Below the pieces are notes generated by a model. It searched no databases and had not been told where the DNA came from. It saw only the letters and a list, made by a program, of their open reading frames with translations. Positions 25,175 to 38,329 of a DNA stretch of 64,000 bases are shown piece by piece; the stretch's first letter is position 1; each line of letters starts with the position of its first letter. Source of the stretch: Mobula hypostoma (Eukaryota); assembly GCF_963921235.1 (NCBI RefSeq), contig NC_086097.1:230332001-230396000 (forward strand). Direction: 5' to 3'. A program made the position numbers and the translations under genes.

Positions 25175-28100
25175 TATATAGTGAGAGGGACAGAGGGAGA
25201 AAAAAGAGAGAGAGAAAAAAAGGGGAAAAAGTAAAAAATATATTAAATAAATCAATAAGGGATGGGGTGTGAAGGGGAGGAGGGGCATTAACGGAAGTTA
25301 GAGAAGTCAATATTCATGCCATCAGGTTGGAGGCTACCCAGATGGAATATAAGGTGTTGTTCCTCAATATATTTTTTCCCCTTTTTTTTCTCTCTTTTTC
25401 TCCCTCTGTCCATCTCACTATAATTCCTTGCCTGCTCTCCACCCTCCGGAATACCCTCCCCCCTTCTCTTTCTCCCTAGGCTTCCCGTGCCATGATCCTC
25501 TCCCTTCTCCAGCCTGGTATCCCTTTTGCCAATCAACTTTCCAGCTCTGAGATCCACCCCTCCCCACCTGTCTTCTCCTATCATTTTGGATCTCCCCCTC
25601 CCACTTTCAAACCTCTTGCTATCTCTTCTTTCAGTTAGTCCTGACAAAGTGTCCCAGCCTGAAACGCCGAATGTACCTCTTCCTAGAGATGCTGCCTGGC
25701 CTGCTGCATTCACCAGCATTTTTTGAGTGTGTTGCTAAATTGGCCACTTTCCCCAGTAAAACTGAAAGTATATCTCAGCAGTTATTTTGAAAGTCACCAG
25801 TGTGCAGATTGCGTTATCTGAACCAAAGATATACACCCTCCAATGAGTTGAAACAATGTGCAAATATTATCTTACAGCTCTGAACACTTCTTCACTTGAT
25901 TATAAAGGATGGCATAAAAACCAATTGATAAGCACTATGTCCAAGTTCTAGGAGTTCAAATTGAATCTTTAACTAACTGAATGACCCATTGGCCAGAAAT
26001 CAAGTACTAGAGCCTTTTTTTAAAATCATAAAGGCAACATTATTTGTCTTTAATCCACCATTTCAACAGTTAAAAGGTAGAAATTTGAAAAACTCAGATA
26101 CAGTTGATTATCTTAAATTACTAGCTTGCATGATATGATTGATTTTATTTATAGTCCTCTCGACTCGAAACTACAGTGCTTTGCTGTGAACCAAGAAAGA
26201 CAATTTAATGAAAACACAAGATGCTGTTTGAAAGAAAACAATCCAAGTAAATAGCAACATGCAGACATTTGAGACGTGCATCTTAAACATAATGGGCTTT
26301 CACTATGGTACCAGGTCTTTTTCTCTGATGGTTTCAGTTGGACAACATGCTACAAACAATCCATCTCATCTGTTGGTTTTACAACAAGTTGACAAGCTCT
26401 CTTTACTGCTCTTCCATCAGCTTCTGCTGTAGGCAGCAAAACATATATTTTAACACAAAGGAGAGCCAATCTAAAACAACAAGTCCATTTTGTGTTGTTC
26501 TAGATTTAGCATTCACTGGTGCAGGATTTGATGGTTGACATTGCTGCAGTTTTGCTCCTCCCCATTAACTTTAAGTGGAATCAGGTTTATTACCCAAGAT
26601 CAATTACTATTGAGAAGGACCACTATAGCACTGTATTTCGAAAGCTCTCGGTCACAACACGCTGGAGGAACTCAGCAGAATCCAGCGTGTCGTGAGTGTT
26701 GCTTTGGCCCCAGCATCTGCAGATTATTTTGTGTTCTCGGTTTCGGTCTGTTTTTATCCAACAGTTAAATATACAGTACCTGTAATTTGGATTTAAAGAT
26801 ATTACCATCATTATTTAAGTAGGGAACTCTTCTCTCATCACGGTAATTATTAGCTGCTGTACATCTGAAGCATCAATTTTATGGAGAGTGGAAATATTAA
26901 AATGTATGTATCATTAATGTGTTCACATGATTAAATGAGTAATTTCTGAAAGCTGTTTTGAATCAGAACGTTGAGTGCATGGATTTTTGAAGTGAAGCTT
27001 TCAAATTACATGAACTTTCAAGCGAATTACACTAGTCACATTAACTAATGTACATTTTCAATAGCAGAGAAAGCATTCAGGGAAAAAAAAATCAGTGCAT
27101 CACACAGAATGAATTACTCTGCCACTGGTGAGACCCAATAAGCTCAGAGCACTCAGCAGTGAAGAGCCAAATGGAAATATTTCAGGTGGAGGGTCTATCA
27201 ATTCTCATCATTCCTGATGGTCCAAAATAAATCATCCTTAATGTAGCTCTACTCGGATGGCAATCTGCACAGTATTTTAGTTGAACAAATGATAGATTCC
27301 AAGATTATTTATAATATTGTGATGTCTTTGCTTCAGGCAAACTGTACTATCAATGAAAGGAAAGATCTTGTAATCATTACATTTTAATTTCAATCATTCA
27401 TTCATTCTGTTGCTATATCTGTGTCCTCCACCATTTAAAAAAAAATATATTTTTCCACTATGCTATAAATTCATCATTACTTTCTCCCTCTTTCATTTTC
27501 TCTTTCTGCTAGTCCATGTTCACCTCTCCTTGCTGTGAGGGAAGGTGTATTATAAACAAAACTATTTGTTCTCGTTTTATGGAAATCAAATGAGTGATGA
27601 TACTGACAGTGTGAAAATAAGGGAAATATTCAGTAGATCCGGCAGCATCTGCTCAAAGAAAAACTGAATTACTGCTTCATACGAGCCAAATTCACAAAAA
27701 AACAGAACATACTTGTTTTCTCTCTTCTCCAGTTCTGACAAAGGATGCAAAACGTGAAGTATTAATTCTGTTTTATTTTCACAGATTCTGCTGAATCTAC
27801 TGAGTGTTTCACTCACTAGATGTGCTGTTTTAAGCAGTTTTTCTTCATTTTACTGGGTTAGGTTTACGTAGAATCATCATATTTTTTATATTCTGCCATT
27901 TAGTAGTATACTTCTGTTTAAAAATGTTTAATCTACAGTAACCCACACAAAATGCTGGAGGAACTCAGCAGGCCAGGCAGCATCTATGGAAAGGAGTACA
28001 GGTGAAATGTCGACTGTTAACTCCTTTCCATAGATGCTGCCTGGCCTGCTGAGTTTCTCCAGCATTTCGTGCGTTTGGCTTGGATTTCCAGCATCTGCAG

Positions 28101-28337
28101 ATTCTCCATTGTTTATAATGCACTACAAAATTTATTTCCTTTGGTGAATATTGTTCATCTTAATTAAAAATAACTGACTGCATGTAAGGTATTTTGTGGA
28201 ATTCAATACTCTATTTCACACTGTGCAAGCATGCCATGTGCCCTCTTAATCTTTGGAAGGATTAATCCTGAGGAAAGTGTTTACAAAACAATGTTTGACC
28301 ATGGTCGACTCAACTGCAAATACTTTATTCCACTCAC

Positions 28338-28413
28338 CGTGTAATGTCCTCAGAGAGCTGAGCGGGATCCGGAGGATAAAATTTTACATTGAATGCAAAC
28401 TGCCACAAACCAC
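28338..28413 (-). CDS. EPB41L3: EPB41L3 coding exon: (S)[24 protein letters not shown](R)
   Basis: 76 bp, phase 1/2; acceptor ccatctAG, donor GTgagt. [20 protein letters not shown] motif. Confidence 0.93.
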
Positions 28414-30364
28414 CTAGATGGAGACAGATCATTCAAAAGATTTAAGCTTTGCACGAAATAATTACCTTAAGAATTGTGTATTTACTTGCAATACAAATCC
28501 AGCATTTGCAGAGTCAGAATCAGAATCAGGTTTATTACCAAGTCACGTGTCATGAAGTTTGTTGACTACTTCAACTTGGATCCATCCTGGATTGGAAAGA
28601 TACCCAAGTTTTCCTTTCTTTACTGCAAAGTCTCTAAATGGCCCTCTCTCTCCTGCAGTGTCATCTTTAATGGGTTCTAAACTGCCCTGTCATCTGCCTG
28701 TGCTGCTTCTCTCCTTTCCTCAGTCCTGCTTTGAAGATTTGCCTCAGCCGTCAGCAAGCATCTTACAAGTTTCTCTCCCCTCTTCCTTCTTCCCTTCATG
28801 TCTGTTCCAAGTTCTTCTTGCTTTACAAGATCCACCTCTCACTTTTCCGAGCTTTCTCCCAAAAAAACCACCAACTTCCCTTTCTGGCCGATATCTTTTC
28901 CTTTAGACCACTCAGCTAAATCTACATAATGCCCTACAATATAATCTAACAACACCCCATCATCCTGCTCATATAAGCGGAGGGTACCCAGCAATGATAG
29001 AAAGTAGCTCTCCTTCATGGCTACCAGCTACAAGTCTAACTGTTCAAAACCAAGCCCTGAATGAGAAGAAGCATCACTCAGTATGAGGGAGGCAGTCCCT
29101 TTGCTATTGACTCCCTCACTCTCCTTGGAAACTGTCTGTCATCTGAGGCTTGGAAATAACATAACTGTGGCAGATCAACCTCATTACCTGGGGAGAACTC
29201 AGCTATATCTGGACTTGCCCTCATTAAAGCTGTTTGGTCAGCATCTCAAATCCTACCCTCCATAAAATAACCATCATTCTATATGTTGTGTGTGAACTGC
29301 TCTGCATCAATTTCTTTTTGTCCATCATCTGTGGGCTCACTGATCTTCCACGGCTCCTAGTTTGATATTGTAGGAGCCAAGTATCCATTTATTGTCTGTC
29401 TGTGTGGTATTTGTGTTGTACATCCTCACTTTGGGTTAAGGTAACTTGTCAAGTGGGTTTGGATGGCAGTAAAAATAAATGAATATATTCGCCTGTTCAT
29501 CTGCATGGCAGCACAGGTGAGTAGGGAGCACATGTTTTTTGTCCTTGAATTTGATCCAATTTCGCTCGTTTTTGTTTTTACCGTGAATTATGGAAGAGTT
29601 GAATGATATTTATTGTTGATTTGTAATAAACGATTAAATGTACTTTTTCGACTTGGAATTCGGTTAGTTGGAATTGCGTCACACAGTGCGATACTCCCTC
29701 GCTTTGCCTCTCAGCAACTTTTAGTTTGTCTTCAAGTTGTCATTTCCGACACGATGCTTTAGTATCCTCACCCTCATTTTCCAATCCTTCCACTGTTTTG
29801 GTCTCCTGGTCTCCTGTCCTTCAGAGATATCAGAGCTCCACCAAATATGATCTTGATAACTCACTATTTTAATTGCTCTATTGTAGCTGGTTGTCCTTGT
29901 TAGTTCTAACTCCCTCTTTCACGTCTGCATTATCCCCAAAGATGCTTCAAAGGAGCTTCCTGAAGTCTTGTCATCTGCCCTGTTACCTCCTTCTGTGTCT
30001 TGGTGACTTCTTACCCCTTGGACACCCCATAAGTACAAGTTACCGTTGTTGTTAAACAATAGCAAGTTTAAAATGGTTGTAAGGTTTCCTAAAACAACTG
30101 TGAACTCACATTAGTTGTTCTGTCACTCTTTAACTTAAACTCCTACCACAATAAGTGTGAATATCAGCACAAATATCAGTCAATTTTCTCGACACATGCA
30201 AATAGCTTTGTGATACATAACTCGACCTAATTAGTAGACAGATGGGCACTTAGGCTTCATAATTTCTTTCTTGATGGAAACAACCCCTTTCAATGCATTC
30301 ATGTGATGTATCATTTTATCAAAACAGTGTATCTGAAAACTGTCATTATATTCTCAAGAGCCTG

Positions 30365-30680
30365 TAATATGAAAGAAGCAGGCATCTGTTAGTCTTGTGA
30401 GACCATGGATTTGCGCCTTGGAAGGTTTCCAAGGCGCAGGCCTGGGCAAGGTTATATGGAAGGCCAGCAGTTGCCCATGCTGCAAGTCTGCCCTCTCCAC
30501 GCCACCGACATTGTCCAAGGGAAGGGCACGAGGGCTGATACAGCTTGGCACTGGTGTCGTCGCAGAGCAATGTGTGGTTAAGTGCCTTGCACAAGGACAC
30601 AACATGCTGCCTCAGCTGAGGCTCGAACTAGCGACCTTCAGATCACTAGACCGACTCCTTATCCACTTGGCCACACGTGT
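30365..30680 (-). mobile_element. tRNA-derived CORE-type SINE
   Basis: Minus strand: tRNA-like head (gtggccaagtggataagg...ctagttcgagcc) followed by tgtgtccttgtgcaaggcacttaacc (CORE-like). Confidence 0.65.
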
Positions 30681-30689
30681 GGTCTCCGT

Positions 30690-31335
30690 CAGGTTGTGGT
30701 CGACCATGGATACTGCACCTCTGGTAGTCACTGGTTTGTCGAACAGCGTCGACTGTGGCTATTCAGGCTGATCCTGGAACAGCAGGCTCTGCCACAGCTG
30801 CTGCACATGTAGGGTGTCGTGGAATTGTTGTCCAGTGTCCGCTGTGCTCTCCGTTTCACTCTCTGCTCCTCAAACTGACTCAGGATCACACTTTCGCCTT
30901 ACCCTAGGTGTTGCTGAAGAGTACCTCGCCATTTGTTGTGATCATCTGCTGTATCCTCCCAGCACTCTGTGTTGATTTTTAAGGCTTTCATGTCATGCTC
31001 GCAAAGGTCCTTGAAGTGAAGCTGGGGTCTACCAACGTTCCTCTTGCCTGTTGCTAGTTCTCCATAGGGGATGTTCCTTGGCAGTCTACCAAGACGGATG
31101 TGGCCCAGCGCAGTCTGCGTTGTCTTAAAAGCGTGAACATTGTGGGAAGTGCACTGCGGGAGAGGACCTCAGAGTTTGGGATTTTGTCTCTCCAGGTGAT
31201 GCCGAGGATGTGGCGAAGGCTGCGCAGGTGAAAACTATTGAGTTTCCTCTCCTGTTTGGTGTAGATGGTCCAAGTCTCGCTACCATACAGGAGGGTGCTG
31301 ATAACGCAGGCAATGTACACGGCAGTCTTACTTTA
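30690..31335 (-). mobile_element. RTE-clade LINE 3' fragment
   Basis: ORF 31054..31320 YIACVISTLLYGSETWT...LRHILGITWRDKIPNSEVL...LLRQRRLRW. Confidence 0.85.
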
Positions 31336-31739
31336 TACTTTATTGTCGCCAAACAATTGATACTAGAACGTACAATCATCACAGCGATATTTGATTCTGC
31401 ACTTCCCGCTCCCTGGAGTACAAATCGATAGTAAATATTAAAAATTTAAATTACAAATCATAAATAGAAAATGGAAAGTAAGGTAGTGCAAAAAAACTGA
31501 GAGGCAGGTCCGGATATTTGGAGGGTACGGCCCAGATCCGGGTCAGGATCTGGTCAGGTATTGGTCTTTGTAGCAAGTTTCGGATTCTCCCAGACCCGCG
31601 AGGAGAGTCGAGCAAGGAATGATGTTGCTTTGCCAATACGTCTACTGACACACAGTGCTATCAGATCGCATCCGGAATTTTTCCGGGTAGTGGACGACTT
31701 TCTCCCATGCCGTTCTGACATAGTTGGAATTCACGTACG

Positions 31740-31920
31740 AGGCAAGTTACAGCAGTGGTTTGCCATTGCCTTCTGCCGGGTGAGTTTTTTTCCCCCAAAA
31801 GAGATCACCAGCTCTTAACCCTGCACGGATGAAAAGCATGCCGGGGGGAGCCGGCTGGATTTGAACTTCACAACCTCTGCCTTGCAGTCCAGCGCTGCTG
31901 CCACTACGCCACCAGCCGGG
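31740..31920 (-). mobile_element. tRNA-derived SINE with RTE-type 3' tail
   Basis: Minus-strand head ggtggcgtagtggc...gaagttcaaatcc; tail agaaggcaatggcaaaccac resembles RTE/Bov-B 3' ends. Confidence 0.55.
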
Positions 31921-32229
31921 ATCAGTTTACAAAGTGTTAAGTTTTTTAAAAATCTCAGGTTTATTGTAACACACACAAAATGCTGAAGGAATTTCAGGAG
32001 GTCTGGCATAATCTACAAAAAGGAATAGTGAGCCAATATTTCAGGCCGAGACCCTTCATCAGAACCTCATGAATCCTGAAGAAGGGTTTCAGTCCGAAAC
32101 GTCGGCTCTTTATTCCTCTCCATAGATGTTGCCTGACCTGCTGATTTCCTCCAGCATTTTGTGACAGGAACCACAAACTTGCCTAATCAGGATTCAACCA
32201 TTAGCATGATGTGCAAAAGAGGGCGATGA

Positions 32230-34085
32230 TCTTAACAGGGATAGAGTTCCTCTTGTCTTCACCTACCATCTCACGAGCCCCCACATCCAACATATCATTC
32301 TCCGCAACTTCAGCGATCCTCAACAGGATCCCACCACCAGACATAGTTTTACTTCCCTCCCCCCACCACCACTCAGCGCATTCTGCTCCATCCATGATTT
32401 CCATGAAGCCACTCTCAGGGAAGAAGAGCAACGCCTCATATCATCTAGGTCAGGGGTCCCCAACCTTTTTTGCACTGCGGACCGGTTTAATATTGACAAT
32501 ATTCTTGCGGACCGGCCGACCTGGGTGGGTGGGGGGGGGGGTGGTAGGGTTGCCAACGGACAAGAGTAGCAGTCAAATACGTTGTGTTTACACCGAAAAA
32601 GACTACAATGACCATGAAGCCTTGCGCGGGCACCAGTACTCATGCGCGTCGTAACCTGCCGATTTTCTTTCCCCAGCAAATCCTCTTTGGTGATTCTGTT
32701 CGGGGGGGGGGGCGGGTATTAATCACGACCGGAATATAGATGAAAAGTGGCTAATACGCTCAATTTTGTTTCTAAAAGGGTTTATCTAACGAATTTAATA
32801 TTAAACACACAGCGCATATTTTCCTCGCATGAATATAGTGATAAGTCAATTATCAGGGGAGGACAGGGGAACTTGAATTAAGTGTTGAACGAACTTCAAG
32901 TAGAAGTGGCAGAAGCAGGTTCGATATTATCATTTGAAGAAAAATTGTACAGGTATATGGACAGGAAAGGAATGGAGGGTTACGGGCTGAGTGCAGGTTG
33001 GCGGGACTAGGTGAGAGTAGCGTTCGGCATGGACTAGAAGGGCAGAGATGGCCTGTTTCCGTGCTGTAACTGTATATAAATCAATAGCATCATAACATTT
33101 AAAGTAACGTTTGGATATTAAACACACAGCGCATATTTTCCCCGTATGAACATATAAAATCGGTGCAACACACCAATATCGCTGAATCAGTGGGAGCCCT
33201 GGGCTTGTTTCCCTGCAACAAGACGGTGCCATCGAGGGGTGATGGGAGACAGTGATACTCGAAGAGGGTTCCTTATGTCCAGTTTATTCCGCAATTTAGT
33301 TTTCGTTGCATTCATTGCAGAAAACTCTGCTTGTCAGAAAAATGTTGGAAATGGAAGCAACGTTTTCAGTGCTTTCCTGGCTATCTCAGGATATTTAGCC
33401 TTGACTTTGATCCAGAATGCCGACAGAGATGTTATGTCAAACATACTTCTCAGCCTGTCGTCATTTGCAAGCTCAAGGAGTTGATCTCTTTCCCGCGCTG
33501 ACATGGATGACGCGTGGGTAATGACCTCGCATGCGTAATGGCTCAAAAGTGGCCGTGACCGGGAATGAGGAAAGGTCCAGATGACTCCTATCGGCAAATC
33601 ATATCGTTTCCTTGCGGCCTGGTAGCACACGCTTTGCGGCCCGGTACCGGTCCGCGGCCCGGTGGTTGGAGACCACTGGTCTAGGTAGCCTCCAACCGGA
33701 TGATGTGAATATTGATTTCCCCTTTAAGTAATCCCCCCCCCCATCCCTTCTGTCTTCTTCCATTCTCCACTCTGAACTCTTCTCCTCATCTGCCTATCAC
33801 CTCCTCTGGTGCCCCTCCTCCTTCCCTTTATCCTGTGATCTACTCTCCGGTCCTATCAGACCCCTTATTCTCCAGACCTTACCTTCCCCACTCACCTGGC
33901 TTCATCTATCATTTTTACCTCCCCTCCCCCCCACCTCTTTATTCTGATGGTTTCCCCCCTCCTTTCCAGCCTGAAACGTCGACTGTTTATTCACTTCCAT
34001 AGATGTTGCCTGACCTGCCGAGTTCCTCCAGCATTTTTGTGTGTGTCGCTCTGGATCTTCAACATCTGCAGAATACCTTGTGTTT
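32230..34085 (+). mobile_element. Degenerate Penelope-like element 3' region with pseudo-LTR, split by a hAT element
   Basis: DRVPLVFTYHLTSPHIQHIILRNF..QQDPTTRH at 32240-32345; EEQRLI..HLG|SLQPDDVNIDF spans the hAT insertion; pLTR with gaaacgtcgactg at ~33973. Confidence 0.75.
32451..33678 (-). mobile_element. Non-autonomous hAT Charlie/Buster element retaining the transposase C-terminal dimerisation remnant and a CR1 tail
   Basis: caggggtccccaacc / ggttggagaccactg ends; 8-bp TSD atctaggt/gtctaggt. ORF 33334..33630 LLELANDDRLRSMF..SLSAFWIKVKAKYPEIARKALKTLLPFPT, then FSAMNATKTKLRNKLD. Confidence 0.88.
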
Positions 34086-35133
34086 GTTATTGTTTTACCT
34101 GCTTTTTCCTCAATGCACTGTGTAATGATCTGATCCCTATGAACAGAATGCAAAAGAAGCTTTTAACTGAATCTTTGTGTATGTGATAATATTAAACTAA
34201 TTTCAATGTCCAAAAAGATTGTGTGGCATGAAATCAGGAAGGATTTGTAAATGAGAATGTGGTTGTTGTAATTGATCTGTTGAAGGATAGGGAACAAGTA
34301 AGTGAGCAGAAAGGATATTTAGAGCTGCACAAGATTAATAAAGTAGAGAGTTCAAAGAGCTAGAGTTTACAGGTTGCCTGCTATGACAGCACTGTAAAAA
34401 GTTTAGATTACAGACAACAGGCATTGATAAGTGGTTCAGAACTGTGTCTAAAGGGCTAAAGGCATATACTATTGGGAAATTAGGATTAGGAGCTGTAAGA
34501 AATATATCAAATAAGGATAATGATTCTTAATTCAAATAACATCTTTATGTGTGTATGGTGCTATAATGATGTGGAGTTCAAATGGGACAACACTGAATGC
34601 AAACCAATAGCACTGTGCCTCACTCACATCAAATCTGGAACATGTGAGATCCTGTGAGGATATGTACTGTACTGACTGCCCATTAGCAGACAAATCTCGA
34701 AGTATAATATACACATACGTCGATAATAAATATACTCTGAACTTTGACTATTTGTTTTCCAAGCATTCTACAACCACTTTCTTGTCAGTAAATATTTTGC
34801 AAACCTGAATAAACCCGATTTGATATCGACGGCTGCAATGAGATTATTTCTACCTTTAGCTATTATCATTCATTTGTGCCTCACCAGCAATAGTTACTGC
34901 TCCTGCGATTCAATGGTAACTCAATAAAAAAAGGTAGATATTCCATTATTTAGTAGAAGTTTTTCTTTAAATAAGAGATTAAAAACAAAAAGATGTTAAA
35001 TGGGGAAAATATAGGTAATAAAAGCCCGTTTGAAAGATGCGGTTGTTCAAAATCCTAGAGTGTGAAGGTCTGCATCATTTCAACAATCATTAGTTGCGAG
35101 TCACACTTCAAGTCATTGGTAAATCATACTCAC

Positions 35134-35176
35134 TTCGGATCTGCTTTTTAATTTCCTTGGCTGGGTCCAACCAGTT
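35134..35176 (-). CDS. EPB41L3: EPB41L3 coding exon: NWLDPAKEIKKQIR(S)
   Basis: 43 bp, phase 0/1; acceptor tttcAG, donor GTgagt. WLDPAKEIKKQ is the band 4.1 FERM signature. Confidence 0.93.
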
Positions 35177-35859
35177 CTGAAATGCAACATTTTAATATGT
35201 TAATTTTATAACCTGAAGCCTGATCGATTAAAACTTTACCTAAAAATGAAGCATTAATTTAACTCAGGAGAAATGCAAACTGCTAAAGTATAAACACAAA
35301 TCGGGGTTAGACATGGATTCACAGAAAGTTAGTCAGAGAGCATGGAAACAGGCCAGCTCTTTAAGTTGACCACCAGGTATCAATTTACAATCTTACTCCA
35401 ATTCTCGTTTCTTTCCTCCACAGCCCCATCAATTCTGCCCCAGCCACCACCCACTCATCCACTAAAGTTTCCACCACTCATCCACACACTCAGGAGGATT
35501 CACAGGAGCAAATTAATCCAGCAACCTGCACATCCGATAGAATAGAGGAAAACAGAGGACACCCATCCAATCACAGACAGCGCCAAAAGTCAGGATTGAA
35601 TCTGGGTCGCTGGAACTGAGAGGCAGCAATCCTATTGCACACCATTCTGCAATGCCTCCCCCAAAAACATCTTCACAATATTTTAATATTAAATTGTAAA
35701 AGAGATTAGGCACATATATTTTCAATAAGCAACTAAACATAGCAAAGGAAATATCCAAACGTAGGTAACGGCAATACTTAAATTTCACTGGGGCACTAGA
35801 TTTTATACACCGTATGAATGAACAGAATCTGTTTTCACGCACCCAGTCGGTGCTGTCCA

Positions 35860-36362
35860 CAGAAACCACACAGTCCATCACACGTGAAACCCTCCCCACC
35901 GCTGAGCGCATCTACATGAAGCGATATCGCAGGAAAGTCGCTTCCATTATCGGGGACCCCCACCAACCACAACATGCTCTCTTCTCTCTGCTGCCGTCAG
36001 GAAGAAGGCTCAGGAGACTCAGGACTCACACCACCCACGTGAGGAATAGCTATTACCCCTCTGCCATCAGGCTCTTGAAACCAAAGGGGATAACTTCACT
36101 TGCCCCATCACTGAATGTTCCCACAACCTGTGGACTCACTTTCAAGGACACTTCATCTCATGTTCTTAATATTTACCTCTTACTTATTTATTAATCTTCT
36201 TTCTTTCTTTTTGTATTTGCACACTGCGTGGTGCGGTCTTTCATTGATTCTATTAATGGTTATTATTCTATTACGGATTTATTGAGCATGCCTGCAACAA
36301 AATGAATCTCAGGGTTGTACATGGTCACATATATGTACTTTGATAATAAATTTACTTTGAGC
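35860..36362 (+). mobile_element. Rex1/Babar-like LINE 3' fragment; similar pieces at ~14530-15030(+) and 57020-57430(-)
   Basis: ORF 35814..36194 ...ASIIGDPHQPQHALFSLLPSGRRLR...RNSYYPSAIRLL; 3' tail tgataataaatttactttga. Confidence 0.7.
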
Positions 36363-37318
36363 TTAAACTGTGGGCATCCTGGCCATGGCAGCGCAATGTA
36401 CGTTTGGTGTTCCCCCTCTGACACGCGTGCCACAGTAAAATTGTGAGAGTCTCTACTAGTAAGTAGAGCAAATGTTGGTCAATCATTAATAAAATGGTCA
36501 GTTGTTATCTGACCTGCTGGTGGGGAGGTTACCATAGAGGATTCCACTTCACTGCACAGGAGGCAGCTAAATGATGGTGTTCACATGAATGACAACTTCC
36601 TCTGCATTAAATTTCCTGATTCCTAGACCTGCCATCTTTGAAGGGGGAGGGGAGCACACTTCTGCTGTACTCTGTATGGTGAACTTGATCAACCCCACTA
36701 ATTGCAGCAGAGGTTTCAATGGACAACTCAGACATGTACCACAGTTTTAGTGAGTCCCTGATGTCAGACAGGATAAGGCAGTAATTCACGTCTTCTGATC
36801 TTGCCCTCAGCCCCACTCATTCAGATCCAAGCATCAAGGAGAGCCAAGTGTTAAGACGGGCATAGAACCCTATCTACCAAAGGTTTTTGTCATTTATCTG
36901 GATGGCCCTTCATCCTGTTCTCCGCTTTGCTACTTGCCCACGCTGGTGGACAGCTGCTCTGTCCATTCTCTGGCTTCAGTTCCCCCAAGAGTTTAAACTG
37001 CTGTAGATAACAGACCCAGATCAATATTTAAAGATTTGGATTATACTGACAGCAATACACTATCAATTCTTCATTTTCTTAAAACGAGGAAGGTAATTAT
37101 CCTTTCTCAGCTTCTAATCCCCACCCCTAATGGTAGAAGTTCACTCAAAGTGTGATATCTAGGCTTCATCGTGGCCTTCCTTAACTCATTTTCTGGTTAA
37201 AAAAATATCAACACAGAGCATCAGAAACAGTAGACGAGGCAGCACAGATACAGTCTCAGCAAAATGAATGCCAGGACAGCATCAGCAAGATCGAGAGAAA
37301 AAAAAACATTCTTCCTAA

Positions 37319-38180
37319 TGTGACGAGAATACACATAAAATTAAGATGTTTGCTGGCCTGGGTTAGCATCAGTGACATCAGCAAGTGGTCTGCCACCTGC
37401 CCTCAGGGGAAGGAGAGATAAGGAACAATGGAGCAGCGTCTGGAGATGTGTAATGAAGGGACGGGGGAGAGAGAGCTGTCTGGAGCGGCTCCCCCCTTTG
37501 AACCTTGAACTGTTTGAAGTGATGGACAGGCGATGCCCCAGCAGGGGGATAAAAAGGGACCGGTTCGCTAATGCAGACACACACGCCACCCGAGGTAACG
37601 AGACCCTGGAAGCGGTACGCTTCTCACGAGTCGGTGGGAAGTATCAGACAACGGCCAGGGTGGAAAGGTACGATCAGCGGGAACCCGGTGTGTGTCCGCC
37701 CTTGCCTGGGTGCCGGGTTCACTGCAGAGGATCGACCGCATCTGGAGGAGGGGTCACAGTCGGTGACCTCAGGTGACATCACCAAGGACCCGCCCAAAAG
37801 CTGTTTGTGAGCCATATCGCCAGTCTGTGAGTGAAGCCGTGTCTAAATGATCAGTTGTTCCTGTTCTCCCTCTCTCTTCCCCCACGTTGTCCATCGCCAT
37901 GGCAACGATTACTGTGAACTGAACTACTAAACTGGACTGAACTTTGAGTCACTTTGAAATTTGGTCATTTACCCCTAGACAACGATAGAGCTTGATTGAT
38001 GCTGTTATCTTAATTCTGTGCACATGTGTGTTTATCATCGCTGAACTGTTGCATTTATTATCCTTTCGATTACTGTGTTGCTTGTTTCTTTAATAAAACT
38101 TTCTTAGTTCTAGTACTCCAGACTCCAACTGAGTGATCCATTTCTGCTGGTTTGGCAACCCAGTTACGGGGTACGTAACA
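37319..38180 (+). mobile_element. Solo LTR (862 bp), Gypsy/ERV-type
   Basis: TGTGACG...CGTAACA termini; perfect 4-bp TSD CTAA (37315-37318 / 38181-38184); TATA-like gggataaaaggg ~37548; AATAAA ~38092. Confidence 0.9.
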
Positions 38181-38224
38181 CTAATAATGCATTATCATTC
38201 AAGCAACGTAACTATTCAACGTAC

Positions 38225-38329
38225 CTTTTGATTTTCAGAGTCCCGAAACGTGAGCCCAAAGTAATCTTTCTCCAGAAGGTTGAGCTGCCCACATACTTTA
38301 TCAAAGAGAACTTGTCCCTTTGCTCGTTT
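38225..38329 (-). CDS. EPB41L3: EPB41L3 (band 4.1-like 3) coding exon, FERM N-lobe: [35 protein letters not shown]
   Basis: 105 bp, phase 0/0; acceptor ttggccAG (ct at 38330-38331), donor GTac (ac at 38223-38224). Closely matches 4.1[36 protein letters not shown] as recalled. Not in the ORF track; read manually. Confidence 0.93.

Larger units (their letters stand above)
24313..25735 (+). mobile_element. Penelope-like element insertion: inverted pseudo-LTR + 3' end of ORF + direct pseudo-LTR
   Basis: Duplication ttgctaaattggccac at 24297-24312 and 25732-25747; 24350-24660 plus 25180-25240 is an inverted copy of 25370-25735; the minus strand encodes EEQHLIFHLGSLQPDGMNIDFSNFR*, a PLE ORF C-terminus downstream of the GIY-YIG domain as recalled. 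Confidence 0.8.

Noticed and set aside
28559..28919. ORFs 28559..28906 and 28731..28919 in a pyrimidine-rich tract
   Set aside because: Low-complexity S/L/P/F-rich translations, antisense to the host gene, with no recognisable domain.
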